This document shows positions 42,334-53,337 of a DNA stretch of 64,000 nucleotides, in pieces; position 1 is the stretch's first letter, and each line of letters begins with the position of its first letter. The translations under genes were made by a program, and so were the position numbers. The stretch spans positions 2,912,001 to 2,976,000 of the forward strand of contig OZ253470.1 in assembly GCA_965261735.1 (NCBI GenBank), in the 5' to 3' direction. A model generated the notes under the pieces. That model made no database searches. It saw nothing but the letters and a program-made list of their open reading frames with translations, and was not told where the DNA came from. This stretch comes from Alphaproteobacteria bacterium (lineage in GTDB: Bacteria; Pseudomonadota; Alphaproteobacteria; SHVV01).

Positions 42334-42367
42334 ATCCGATCCTCCATCAACAATTGGCCAGCGGTGC

Positions 42368-43949
42368 TCATTCCCGTTCCAGCCCTCTCTCATGTTCCGC
42401 GACATATCGGTCGACCGCATCTCGCACGACCCACGCCAACGACACCTTTTTCTTCCTGGCGAGCCGCTTCAGCATTTCGTAAGTGTCGGGTGAAAAACTG
42501 ATCGAGGCTGTGTCTCGAAAGTGGTGGAAATTTGAGGATGGCGTAATCTCCGGGTGACAAGACAACCACCCAATCGGCGGCTAGCACCGCCAAGGAGATC
42601 ACGCCATGAAGAACACTACCGAGACTTCCGCGCTTTCGCTACTGGCCAATGACGCCGGCTATGATCCGCTCGAGGACCGGCTGCGGGAGAACATCAGATC
42701 CACGATCGAGGCCGTTTTTGAGGAGGAACTTGCGCAGTTTCTCGGGCGCTGCCGATACGGTCGAGAGGACGCGCTTCGGCAAGGGTATCGGAACGGGCAC
42801 CGGGAGCGGCAACTGACGGGGACATTCGGGACCGAGAGGGTGAGCGTGCCGCGTGCGCGGATCGTTGAGGAAGACGGTCGGGCGTCGGAATGGCGTTCGC
42901 GGGCGCTGCCGCGCTACCAGCGGCTGACCAGAAAGGCCGAGGCGCTGATCGCTTCGGTGTATCTGTCCGGAACCAACACGCGGCGGGTGAAACGCGCGCT
43001 GTTCGGGCTCTTCCGGGGTGCTGTGAGCAAGGACGTTGTGAGCCGGGCGTGGCGCAAGGTGAAGGTCGATTGGGACGCCTGGTGCAGCCGTGGCCTCGCG
43101 GATGAGGATATCGTTCGGCTGATCCTTGACGGCACTGTGATCAAGACCCGACTGGACCGCAAGGCCACCAACATCTCGGTTCTCGCGGCTATAGGGGTGC
43201 GCCGGGATGGCCAGAAGGTCTTGCTTTCGATCGGGAATATGGGCGGAGAAAGCCAGGCGGCGTGGCGCCAGTTCCTCGACGACCTTGATGCGCGTGGACT
43301 GAAACGGCCCGGGTTTGTCATCGTCGATGGCGCGCCGGGACTGGAGGCGGCTCTGTCGGCGCTTTGGGGCGATGACCTTCCCGTTCAACGCTGCACCGTG
43401 CACAAGCACCGCAACCTTCTGGGTCATGCTCCCAAACACATGCATGACGAGCTGAGCGAAGATTACCGCGATATGATCTATGCCGACACTGCCTCCGAGG
43501 TGGAAACCCGCCGCAAGGCGTTTGTCCGCAAGTGGCGGCTGAAATGCAGGGCCGTCGCGGACAGCCTCGCAGAAGCGGGCGACAAGCTCTTTACCTTCAC
43601 GCGCCTGTCCAAGAGCCAATGGAAATCAGCCCGAACGACCAACGCCATTGAGCGTCTCAACGAGGAGTTCAAGCGCCGGATCAAAACACAGACCGTGCTG
43701 CCGTGTCCCGAAACAGTGCCGATGCTCCTCTGGGCACTCCTCGCTTCCGGCCAAATCCAGATGCGCAAAGTCGATGGATGGGAAACCCTCGATCAGCTAA
43801 TCGCCGACGAAACCCTTGACCGCGCAGCCTGACCGCCGCAAAACTCAACCCGCTCGGAGAGGCGCCAAAACCAATTTCCACCACTTTCGAGACACAACCC
43901 TGATCGATGCGCGGACCGAAGACACAGTCTCGGGATTCGTGCTCCCCAT
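42368..43949 (-). pseudogene. CopG/RHH regulator interrupted by IS256
   Basis: MGSTNPETVSSVRASI (from 43949) joins SFSPDTYEMLKRLARKKKVSLAWVVRDAVDRYV. Confidence 0.8.
42506..43899 (+). mobile_element. IS256-family element (different type), intact transposase 42606-43832
   Basis: IRs tgtgtctcgaaagtggtggaaatt; perfect 8-bp TSD CTGATCGA. Confidence 0.95.
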
Positions 43950-44099
43950 GTCTGCCTTACGCTGTTCCATACCGCATGACCCCTTCGTATCCTCACCACA
44001 ATACACCACAATGGTGAATGACCATAGCCCTTGGACACCACATGTGGCGCCCGACCCCACCACCCCTGCCTGAGGGCCGTGCAGGGAATAGGGATGGAT

Positions 44100-44205
44100 C
44101 ACTTGCCGTCCCCGTACGGACGCTGAAACGCTTCACGCACTCTGGGCACCAAAAGGTGAAAGCGCGCTTACTAGGCCTAATCTCCGCGCATCCGCAACGG
44201 AGCGG
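44100..44205 (-). pseudogene. IS1595-type zinc-ribbon remnant
   Basis: RCGC.......FWCPECVKRFSVRTGT. Confidence 0.5.
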
Positions 44206-44580
44206 ATCAAGGCCGAGATCGGCAGTCTCCAGTTCTCGGCGCAATACCAGCAGAGCCCAGTTCCGCCCGAGGGCAACCTCATCAGGCGCGACTGGCTCAA
44301 GACCTATGACACCGCCCCCTCTCGCGGTCCCGGGATCAGGATCGTGCAAAGCTGGGACATCGCAACGACGACAGATGAGCGCAACGACTGGTCGGTCTGC
44401 ACCACCTGGGCCATTAAGCAAAAGGACTTCTATCTCCTCGATGTCTGGCGCGCCCGGGTCGAGTTCCCCGCGCTCAGGCGCAAGATCGTCAACCATGCGC
44501 TCGCTCACCAGGTACAGACCGTGCTGATCGAGAAGGCCGGACCGGGGCTGCAGCTGGTCCAGGAGTTGCAGACACCCCGG
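44206..44580 (+). pseudogene. Phage terminase large subunit C-terminal fragment
   Basis: FSAQYQQSPVPPEGNLI..DW...VQSWDIA....NDWSVCTTW...YLLDV.R...EFP.L...LIEKA..G..L.QEL. Confidence 0.8.
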
Positions 44581-44686
44581 TTTCCACCGGGCGACCGCCG
44601 GAACGACAATCCGCCCCAGAACTGTGCTCAGGCGTCTAACTCACTCGCCGTTTTACACCTGCCCTTGGACGGCGACGCCCATGCCG

Positions 44687-45562
44687 CTATTCCGCAGCCT
44701 CCAGCTTGTCCTGTGTTCGAAGCTCAAAGTCCAACGCGTCGTGCCGCTCGCGAAGCTGATCCCCAGGCGGCCCGCCGATCCGGTTGACCTTGCGCCCGCG
44801 GACCACCGCATCGCGCGCTGCGATCTCCTCATGCCAGCGCACGACGTTCGTGTAATCTTTCGCCGCGAGGAACTCGGCCGCGTCATAGAGCTTGCCGGTG
44901 GTCAGCACGCCATACCACGGCCAGATCGCCATGTCGGCTATGGTGTACGCATCGCCCGCCACATAGCGGGTCTCAGCCAGTCGCTTGTCCAGCACGTCCA
45001 GTTGCCGCTTCACCTCCATGGTGAATCGGTCGATCGGATACTCCATCCTGTAGGGGGCATAGGTATAGAAATGCCCGAAACCGCCGCCGAGATAGGGTGC
45101 GGAGCCCATCTGCCAGAACAGCCATGACAGGCACTCGGCCCGTCCCGACGGGTTCTCCGGTATGAAGGCGCCGAACTTCTCGGCCAGGTAGAGCAGGATC
45201 GCACCCGATTCGAACACGCGTGTCGGCTTGGCCAGCGAGTAATCCACCATCGCGGGGATTTTCGAGTTCGGATTGATTGCGACGAAGCCGGACCCGAACT
45301 GATCGCCCTCGCCGATGTCGACGACATAGGCATCGTACTCCGCACCGCTGCATCCGGCCGCCAGCAACTCCTCAAGCATGACAGTGACCTTTACGCCATT
45401 GGGCGTTGCGAGCGAGTAGAGCTGGAGCGGATGCTTGCCACGCGGCAGCTCCGCCTCATGCGTCGCGCCGGAGACGGGCCGGTTGATGGATGCAAATTGA
45501 CCGCCACTCTCTCGCTCCCATTTCCAGACCTTCGGGAGTTCGTAGGCGGGAACATCAGTCAT
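44687..45562 (-). CDS. yghU: Glutathione-dependent disulfide-bond oxidoreductase (GST nu class)
   Basis: INRPVSGA, LYSLATPNGVKV, NPNSKIP, FESGAIL, LRERHDA. Confidence 0.95.
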   Translation of the reverse strand: MTDVPAYELPKVWKWERESGGQFASINRPVSGATHEAELPRGKHPLQLYSLATPNGVKVTVMLEELLAAGCSGAEYDAYVVDIGEGDQFGSGFVAINPNSKIPAMVDYSLAKPTRVFESGAILLYLAEKFGAFIPENPSGRAECLSWLFWQMGSAPYLGGGFGHFYTYAPYRMEYPIDRFTMEVKRQLDVLDKRLAETRYVAGDAYTIADMAIWPWYGVLTTGKLYDAAEFLAAKDYTNVVRWHEEIAARDAVVRGRKVNRIGGPPGDQLRERHDALDFELRTQDKLEAAE

Positions 45563-45689
45563 GGCGTCGTCCTCTGCGAGCATCGGGAATGAATGTGTCT
45601 TCCGGCATCCACGCCACAAGAGCACCAAGGCCGCTCCCTTATCCCCGTCGCGCAACATCGCCATGCGCGGTCACCGCGCCAAGTCCAAC

Positions 45690-45959
45690 TGAGGTGAGGG
45701 CGCGGCGAACGTGGACAGCGGCAAGTGAGGGTGGGAGTCGGGGGGGGGCTGTTCCTCCTCAAAGCGGTTGGGGCTCAGGTAGCAGGAGGCGGAGTGTAGG
45801 CGCCTCTCGTTGTAGCTGTCGATGAAGCGCGGCAGGTAGCGCGCCTGACATCCCCCTCACTCTCGAAGGCCATGGGATGGCCCCCCTCGACCTTTAGCGC
45901 CCCCTTTAGGAACTCGAACTCCAGGGCCTGCTTGCCTAGCAGGCGTTCGAGTGAGCCCG
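45690..45959 (-). mobile_element. Degenerate IS3-family remnant
   Basis: LERLLGKQALE.EFLKGAL and YLPRFIDSYNERRLHSA..YLSP fragments. Confidence 0.55.
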
Positions 45960-46769
45960 TGGCCTGCCCCCGATTAGTGGTCCAGCGCTTAAGTTAGAGT
46001 TTGGCGCGGGTTAAGTTGATGGGCCAACCGTAGCCCCTCAACAGCGTAGGTTGGCCCCTCAACGTTTGGCAAGATGGTTTCTGGGGCCGGCGGTCTGTAT
46101 CCGAGCGAGCTATGCGGCCGGATGGTATTATAGTGATGCCGCCATCGTTCGATCAGCACTTTGGCCTCCTTCAGTGTAGAGAAGATCTCCGTGTTCAGGA
46201 TTTCGTCCCGGAGCTTTGAGTTGAAGCTCTCGTTGTATTCGTTCTCCCAAGGTGACCCGGGCTCGATATAGAGGGTATTGACGCCGCTCCTGCCGAGCCA
46301 GTCGCGGACGGCATGAGCGGTAAACTCTGAGCCGTTGTCGGAACGGATATGATCCGGCGGGCCATGTTGGACGAAGAGCTCGGTCAGACAATGGAGTACA
46401 TTGTCCGAGTTCAATCTTCGCTCGACGACAACGGCCATGCACCGCCTGGTGAACTCATCGATCACGGTGAGCATGCGGAACTTCCTCCCATCGTGTGTTC
46501 GATCCATGACGAAGTCATAGGACCAGACGTGATTGGGCCAGCACGGCCGCAGACGGATGCAGGATCCGTCGTTGAGCCACAGCCTGCCCCGTTTCGGTTG
46601 CTTCTGTGGGACCTTCAGCCCCTCCCGCCGCCAGATGCGCTGGACCCAAGCGGATGATCGCGGCCGTGAGTGCCTCTTCATCATCCCGACCACGGGGTCT
46701 CTTGCGCTGGGTTGAGCGATGTTGGCCTGCAACAGCACAGGCACGTCGCTCGGAGATTCCCAGTTTGGC
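45960..46769 (-). mobile_element. IS3-family orfB fragment with internal deletion and right end
   Basis: Same element as 21580-23030. Confidence 0.9.
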
Positions 46770-47796
46770 CCTGCTCATCCGTGACACTCCGCTTGGGGAG
46801 GCGCATGTTCTCAATATGTTCTCTCTACGGGAGTCACGGTCATGAGGTACAAGGTTGCATCGCGCGTGCGTGGTCTGAGCGACGAGGCGTTTCGGGAGGC
46901 CTTCGGCACCAAGGAGCAGTGCCGCGCGGCGCTGGTCCGGCTGCGCTGGCCGGGCGGCTTCGTCTGCCCCTGCTGCGGCCATCGCGGGCATTGCGTGCTG
47001 GCGGGCCGGGGGCTCTATCGATGCAACCGGTGCAAGAAGCAGACATCGCCCACGGCGGGCACGATCTTCCACGCGACCAAGCTGCCGCTGACACTCTGGT
47101 TCGCCGCCATCCACCTGATCGTGACGGCGAAGAACGGCCTCTCGTCGGTGGAACTCGGCCGCCGTCTCGGGGTCAAGCAGCCGACGGCCTGGGCCGTGAA
47201 GCACAAGATCATGGCGGTGGATGGCGCGGCGCGAGGGGGGGACGCGGCTTACGGGGCGGGTGGAGATGGACGACGCCTATCTCGGCGGAGTGCGCTCCGG
47301 CGGCAAGCGGGGCCGCGGCGCGGCGGGCAAGACGCCCTTCGTGGCGGCGGTCTCGACCAGTCCCGAGGGGCGTCCGCGCAAGGTGAAGCTGGCGCCGGTC
47401 AAGGGCTTCCGCAAGCGCGAGATTGCGCGCGGTGCCAAGCACTGGCTGGCCCCCGGCGCGGCGGTTGTGACGGACGGCCTGGGCTGCTGGAGCGCACTCG
47501 ACGAGGCCGCCTGCAGCCACCAGGCGATCCGCACCGGCTCGGGACGCAAGGCGGCCCGCGTGGCGTCATTCAAATGGGTCAATACGGCGCTCGGCAACAT
47601 CAAGTGCGCGGTCACCGGGACCTATCGCAAGCTCGGCCCCGATCACACCGGGCGCTACCTCGCCAGTTTCGCCTGGCGCTACAACCGCCGTTATCAACTC
47701 CAGACGATGATCCCGCGCTTCGTCCATAGCGCCGCCCGAACCGACCCGATGCCCTATCGCCTCCTCATCGCAGGATGAATGTCACGGATAAGCAGG
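46770..47796 (+). mobile_element. IS1595-family element, type 2 copy 1 (transposase frameshifted near 47220)
   Basis: IR cctgctcatccgtgac / gtcacggataagcagg; CPCC..CNRC, EMDDAY, VTDG. Confidence 0.9.
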
Positions 47797-47803
47797 TTTC
47801 TAT

Positions 47804-48202
47804 TTAGCCCTCGCCGCCTCCAAAGCCACCGCCTCCGATCCCGTCGTAGCTGCCGCCCACGCCCCCGCCATGCGCGATCAGCGCGTAATCGCTCGCCGCG
47901 GCCCCTAGGACAAAGCCGCTCAACAGGGTCATGTCGGCGGCGTGCACCATGCGGCGCTGGCGCAAGATTCGTTCGGCGCGTTCGACCTCTTTCGGATCGT
48001 CGGACAGTTTCGCCGCTTCCGCCGCCGCCAACTCATGGAGCAGCCGCTGGTACTTTCGCCATAGCCGATGAATGCGCCAGCCAGTGAAGACAATGACAGC
48101 CGCAATAGCCAGCCCGAGCACCAACTGACCGGCGTCGAGCCGCACAATCAAAATCCAAGCCAGAATTGTTAACACTGCCCCATCGAGCAAACGACGTAGC
48201 AT
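47804..48202 (-). CDS. Small membrane protein with Gly-rich C-terminus
   Basis: Two N-terminal TM helices, GGG-rich tail. Confidence 0.55.
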   Translation of the reverse strand: MLRRLLDGAVLTILAWILIVRLDAGQLVLGLAIAAVIVFTGWRIHRLWRKYQRLLHELAAAEAAKLSDDPKEVERAERILRQRRMVHAADMTLLSGFVLGAAASDYALIAHGGGVGGSYDGIGGGGFGGGEG

Positions 48203-48239
48203 GCATCCCTCCTCGCGTTGGTTGCTCTATCCAACATTT

Positions 48240-48918
48240 TCCAGACAGCCTCCAATTTGCAGCCAAACGTAGGCAAATCCTGCCACCGATGGAAAAGTTT
48301 TTCCCTTCGGCCCTCCGGCAGTGGTGTTAAGCCAACAACCGCAGGTCTGGACGGACGCTTTACCGATCACCTGCAACGCCGCCCGATATGACCGAAGGCT
48401 GTCCGTGACGATCGAAGCCGGCCGGCCATAGCGTTTCATCGCGCGCTTCGGAAACTTAAGCGCAGCCCTGCGATCCCGCTGTTTCGTGGCAAAAACCTCG
48501 AGCACTTCTCCAAAAGGTCAGAAAGACGGGGTCGGAAAAACCACTACGAGACGCAGGGCTGTGAAGCATACCGCCGCACCGATTTGGATCCCATCCACGA
48601 ACACCATATGCGCCCGCGGCGCATGAATGCCGCTTCACAGAGGCCGGACATACGACAGTACCTGACCGCATGTCACAAGTTATTTAAATTCCATCTTGCA
48701 CTGCAGGGGGCATCCACATACGTCTCGTGGCAGACGTCGACACCGCGCTCGAACAGAAGATCTTCGACCTGTCGCAGCGGCAACGGGTAGCGGACATACA
48801 TCATCACCGCGAGGCGGATGACCTCTGGCGAACTGTTGAAATAGCGGAAGGGATTTCGCATCTGGCAAAACTATGGATGCCCCATCTGCTGCATCAATCC
48901 ATTTTTTCTGACAACACC
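48240..48918 (-). mobile_element. IS6-family remnant, interrupted
   Basis: MRNPFRYFNSSPEVIRLAVMMYVRYPL.LRQVEDLL.ERG.DVCHET and LE.FATK.RDR.AALKF...IVTD.LRSY. Confidence 0.85.
48515..48722 (+). ncRNA. Orphan IS1111-type right non-coding end (bridge/seek RNA) inside IS6
   Basis: aggccggacatacgac and cttgca..gggggcatccacata parallel the 31907-31981 layout; guide-like matches to its own flank. Confidence 0.65.
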
Positions 48919-49050
48919 CTGCTGGTTGCTGCACGCGCCGTATCGCCCCCCAGCCGGCGCTTGCCGGCCTCCAGGAACTCTTTGGACCAGCTGCAATAAA
49001 GGATCTCTGACGGGGGACAGTCGGAAAAGGGGATTGGCGACAACCGCGTT

Positions 49051-50075
49051 CCTGCTTATCCGTGACACTCCGCCTTAGGACGCGTATATTCTCAATATGT
49101 TCCGCACGCGGAGGTCACGGCTATGGGGTTCAAGGTTGCATCGCGCGTGCGTGGTTTGACCGACGAAGTGTTTCGCGAGGCCTTCGGCACCGAGGAGCAG
49201 TGCCGCGCGGCGCTGGTCCGGCTGCGCTGGCCGGACGGGTTTGTCTGCCCCTCCTGCGACCATCGCGGGCATTGTCTGCTGGCCGGCCGGGGTCTCTATC
49301 AATGCAACCGCTGCAAGACGCAGACATCGCCCACAGCGGGCACGATCTGCCACGCGACCAAGCTGTCGCTGAAGATCTGGTTCGCAGCCATCCATCTGGT
49401 CGTGACGTCGAAGAACGGCATCTCGTCGGTGGAACTCGGCCGCCGTCTCGGGGTCAAACAGCCGACGGCCTGGACTGTGAAGCACAAGATCATGGCGGTA
49501 ATGGCCCGGCGCGAGGAGGAGACGCCGCTCTCGGGGTGGGTGGAGATGGACGACGCCTATCTCGGCGGGGTGCGCTCCGGCGGCAAGCGGGGCCGTGGCG
49601 CGGCGGGCAAGACGCCCTTCGTGGCGGCGGTCTCGACCAGTCCCGAGGGGCGTCCGCGCAAGGCGAAGCTGGCCCCGGTCAGGGGCTTCCGCAAGCGCGA
49701 GATCGCACGCGGTGCCGCGCGCTGGCTGGCCCCAGGGTCGGCGGTTGTGACGGACGGCCTCGGCTGCTGGAGCGTGCTCGGCGAGGGCACGTGCAGCCAC
49801 CAGGCGATCCGTACCGGCTCAGGACGCAAGGCGGCCCGCATGGCGCCATTCAAATGGGTCAATACGACGCTCGGCAATATCAAGAGCGCGATCACCGGAA
49901 CCTATCGCAAGATCGGCCCCATCATGCCGAGCGCTACCTCGCCAGCTTCGCCTGGCGATACAACCGGCGCTATCAACTCCAGACCATGATCCCGCGCTTC
50001 GTCCATAGCGCCGCACGCACCAAACCCATGCCCTATCGCATCCTCATCGCAGGATGACTGTCGAGGATAAGCAGG
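49051..50075 (+). mobile_element. IS1595-family element, type 2 copy 2 (frameshift near 49920)
   Basis: IRs as above; perfect 8-bp TSD ACCGCGTT. Confidence 0.92.
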
Positions 50076-50163
50076 ACCGCGTTTGACCTTTTCGGCATAG
50101 TCTGAATTCGGTAACTCTTTAAAATATAGGGATTTATTCTCCCGCGCCTGATGGTGAACAAAT

Positions 50164-51268
50164 CTTGCCTATCCGGCTTACACCCACACCCACTAGGGCT
50201 AGAATGGGCGCAACCCGGATATAGGGGAGCGCGCCATGGATGTTCTCGACCGCGCCGATCTCCCATTCCCGCATTCGCTACCCGAGTTCCAGCGACTTTT
50301 CCCCGATGATGCGGCCTGCGCCGCCTACCTGGAGAAAGCCCGCTGGGGAGACGGCTTTGCCTGCCCGCACTGCGGCACGGCGGGAGAGCCGTTCCACTTT
50401 GAAAACCGCCCTGGCGTCCTGCGCTGCCGCAAGTGCCGCCAGAACACCGGGCTGACGGTGGGAACAGTGATGGAGCGTAGCCACACTCCGCTGAACGTCT
50501 GGTTCTGGGCCGCTTATCTGGTCGCCAGTCAGACGCCCGGCATGTCCGCCGTGCAGTTTCAGCGGCAACTTGGTCTTTCGCGCTACGAGACGGCCTTTCA
50601 AATTCTCCACAAGCTCCGCTCGGGCATGGTGCGGCCCAACCAAGACAGGATCGGTGGACATCCCAAGAACCATGTTGAGGTGGACGAAACCTGGGTTGGC
50701 GGGCGAACGCGTGGGGAAGGCCGTGGTGTTCACCACAAGGTTCCCGTCTCCTGTGCCATCGAGGTGCGTCATCGAAAGCCGGGCACCAAGCTCGACAACC
50801 GGAAAGACGGACGCTATGCCGGACGCGTTCGGCTCGCCGTCGTGCTCGACCGTAGCGCCGAGTCGCTCTGTGGGTTCGTCGAGAGCACCGTCGCGCCGCG
50901 ATCGCTGATCGTTACTGACGATTGGAGCGGCTATGCTGGCCTCGGTAAGCGCGGCTATGAGCACTTCGCTGTTGCCGAGTGTGGTGATCCAGAGGTTGCC
51001 GAGCAATACCTGCCGATCATCCATCTGGTTTTCGCCAACCTGAAGACGTGGCTGATCGATATCCACCACGGCGTTAGCCACCAGCACCTACAAGCCTACC
51101 TCAACGAGTTCACCTTCCGCTTCAACAGGCGGTTCTACCCGTTCAACGCCTTCCGCTCATTGCTCGGCATCGCGGGCGACACCTCTGCTCCAACCTATGC
51201 CGAGCTTTACTCGGGAGAGTGGCGGCACCCTACATGTAGCGGTCATGGGCGTTAACCGGATAGGCAAG
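50164..51268 (+). mobile_element. IS1595-family element, type 1 copy 2 (transposase 50236-51255)
   Basis: Near-identical inverted copy of 20473-21577. Confidence 0.95.
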
Positions 51269-51524
51269 GAACCATCAACAACAAGCGGCTTAACATCAAT
51301 CCAAGATGAGCCAGATCCTCCCTTATGAAACAGACTCAACAGTCCCAAATGTTTTGACGACGGACACCCTTTGGTTCTCTTGAGTTTTCAGCGCCAAGCG
51401 CGGCGCGCGAGCAAGTGTAAAGGTTGCTTGACAGTTCGGCGCCATTACGGCCCCGAGTCGGGTACGGCTCGCCGGACCCGCTCTGCCGCGGTGGCAGCTT
51501 GAAAAAGGGCCGGAGTCCGAAGCC

Positions 51525-52415
51525 TCAGTAGCCGGCGCGCGCCTCCTCGGCCACGCCGTAGCGCTCCTCGAGCCGCTGCACCTCGCCCATGCCCAGCAGG
51601 TCGAAGAACTCGGTGAACGAGGCGACCTCGTTCATGAGGCCGGCGATCGAGCCCGACGATTTGATCTCCTCGAGCACCCGCCTCTCGGCGCGGATGGCGG
51701 CGAGGAGAAGGTGGTTGGGGAAGATGATGAGCTTGAAGCCAAGATCGGCGATGACGTCGGCGGCAAGCACCGGCGTCTTGCCGCTGGCCGACATGTTGTA
51801 GAGCAGCGGCACCGACGTGCGGCCCGGAATGACTTCGATCTGCTCCGCGTTGGGCGCCTCGACGAACAGCATGTCGGCCCCTGCTTCCTCGTAGGCCGCG
51901 CCGCGCTCGAGCGCCGCCTCGAAGCCCTCCACGGCGATCGCGTCGGTGCGCGCGATCACCACGAAGTCGGGATCGCGGCGTGCGTCCACGGCCGCCTTGA
52001 TCTTGGCCACCATCTCGGCGGTCGGGATAAGCTGCTTACCGCTCATGTGGCCGCAGCGCTTGGGCAGGATCTGGTCCTCGATGTGGAGCGCGGCCGCACC
52101 GGCGCGCTCGTAGGCCTGGACCACGCGGCGTACGTTGAGGGGCCCGCCGTAGCCGTTGTCGGCATCGGCGATCAGCGGCAACCCGGAGGCGTCGGCGATA
52201 CGCCCGACATTATCGGCCATTTCGGTCAGCGTGAGCAGCCCGACGTCGGGCATGCCGAGCCGCACCGCCGTGGTGCCGGCGCCCGACATGTAGATCGCCT
52301 TGAAGCCGCCTTGCGCGACCAGGCGGGCGCTCATGGCCTCGCCTACCCCGGGCGCCAGGATGACGCCGGGCTCGGTCACCATCTCGCGCAGCCGGGTCGA
52401 GGGATTGTCGGTCAT
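51525..52415 (-). CDS. Isocitrate lyase/PEP mutase family lyase (PrpB/dimethylmalate lyase-like)
   Basis: YMSGA, DADNGYG, IEDQ..PKRCGH, ARTDA. Confidence 0.9.
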   Translation of the reverse strand: MTDNPSTRLREMVTEPGVILAPGVGEAMSARLVAQGGFKAIYMSGAGTTAVRLGMPDVGLLTLTEMADNVGRIADASGLPLIADADNGYGGPLNVRRVVQAYERAGAAALHIEDQILPKRCGHMSGKQLIPTAEMVAKIKAAVDARRDPDFVVIARTDAIAVEGFEAALERGAAYEEAGADMLFVEAPNAEQIEVIPGRTSVPLLYNMSASGKTPVLAADVIADLGFKLIIFPNHLLLAAIRAERRVLEEIKSSGSIAGLMNEVASFTEFFDLLGMGEVQRLEERYGVAEEARAGY

Positions 52416-52425
52416 GTCGGCCTCC

Positions 52426-53337
52426 TCAGGTGGTTGATGCTTGGGTGCGCATCGTCATGATCGCCTGCCCTGCGACGGCGAGCAAGATGACGGTGCCACC
52501 CGCCAGCGAGGCGCCCGCCGGCACCTCGCTCAGGAGGTACCACGCCCATATCGGACTGAGAATAATCTCCAGCGTGCCAAGGAGGGCGACCTCGCCCGCG
52601 CGCACCAGGCGGGCGCCAAAAGTGAAAAGGATATAGGCCGAGAGCGCGATCCCAATCCCCAACAGGAGGCACAACCCTAGGTCGTACGCCGAGATTGCGA
52701 AGCGCGGCGTCGCCACCGCACCTATGAGCGCCGCGAAGCCGGTGCCGAAGGCGAGCACGGGCATCATGTCGACCGCCCGGCCGGCGCGCATCACGACGAC
52801 GAAGCTCGAGAATGCGAGCATCGTGGCAAGCGCCATGAAGTCGCCGGCGAAGCGGCCGCGGGCGAGGCCGTCGCCGACCATGATGGCGATGCCGGCGAAC
52901 GCGGCCAACATGATGATCCAGGTGGCGCCGCTGAGCCGCTCACGGAGCAACAACCACGCGAGAATACCGGTCATGAAGGGAACGGTTCCGCCGATGAAGA
53001 CCACATTGGCGACGCTGGTGTTGAGAAACGCCCACACGCCGAGGCTTGTTGCGGTCGCCATGAAGGCGCCGCCCGCCGGCCCCTTCCACCCCGCGGCGGC
53101 GAAACACCAGAAGAAGCGGTGCCGGTAGCGAAAGGCGAGGATCGCGATCACGGCCACGAACATCGCAATGTTGCGGTAGAAGATGATCTGCCAGCCGTCC
53201 GCGTCCTCGACGAGCCGTATGACGCTGCCGATGGTGCTCGATAGGAACGTCGAGCCGAGCACGAAAGCGACGCCGAGACCGCCGCGCCGCGCCGCGCCGT
53301 AGGTGGGTGTCCCGAGCACCGAGCGTTGCGACGTCAT
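52426..53337 (-). CDS. DMT/EamA transporter
   Basis: About 10 TM segments, LLRER / LSEVP repeats. Confidence 0.85.
   Translation of the reverse strand: MTSQRSVLGTPTYGAARRGGLGVAFVLGSTFLSSTIGSVIRLVEDADGWQIIFYRNIAMFVAVIAILAFRYRHRFFWCFAAAGWKGPAGGAFMATATSLGVWAFLNTSVANVVFIGGTVPFMTGILAWLLLRERLSGATWIIMLAAFAGIAIMVGDGLARGRFAGDFMALATMLAFSSFVVVMRAGRAVDMMPVLAFGTGFAALIGAVATPRFAISAYDLGLCLLLGIGIALSAYILFTFGARLVRAGEVALLGTLEIILSPIWAWYLLSEVPAGASLAGGTVILLAVAGQAIMTMRTQASTT

Noticed and set aside
46770-50075. Composite transposon of the type-2 IS1595 pair
   Set aside because: Copy 2 has its own perfect TSD and the two copies are clearly diverged.
20473-51268. 30-kb inversion or composite element between inverted IS1595 copies
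   Set aside because: No direct or swapped target duplications were found by eye.
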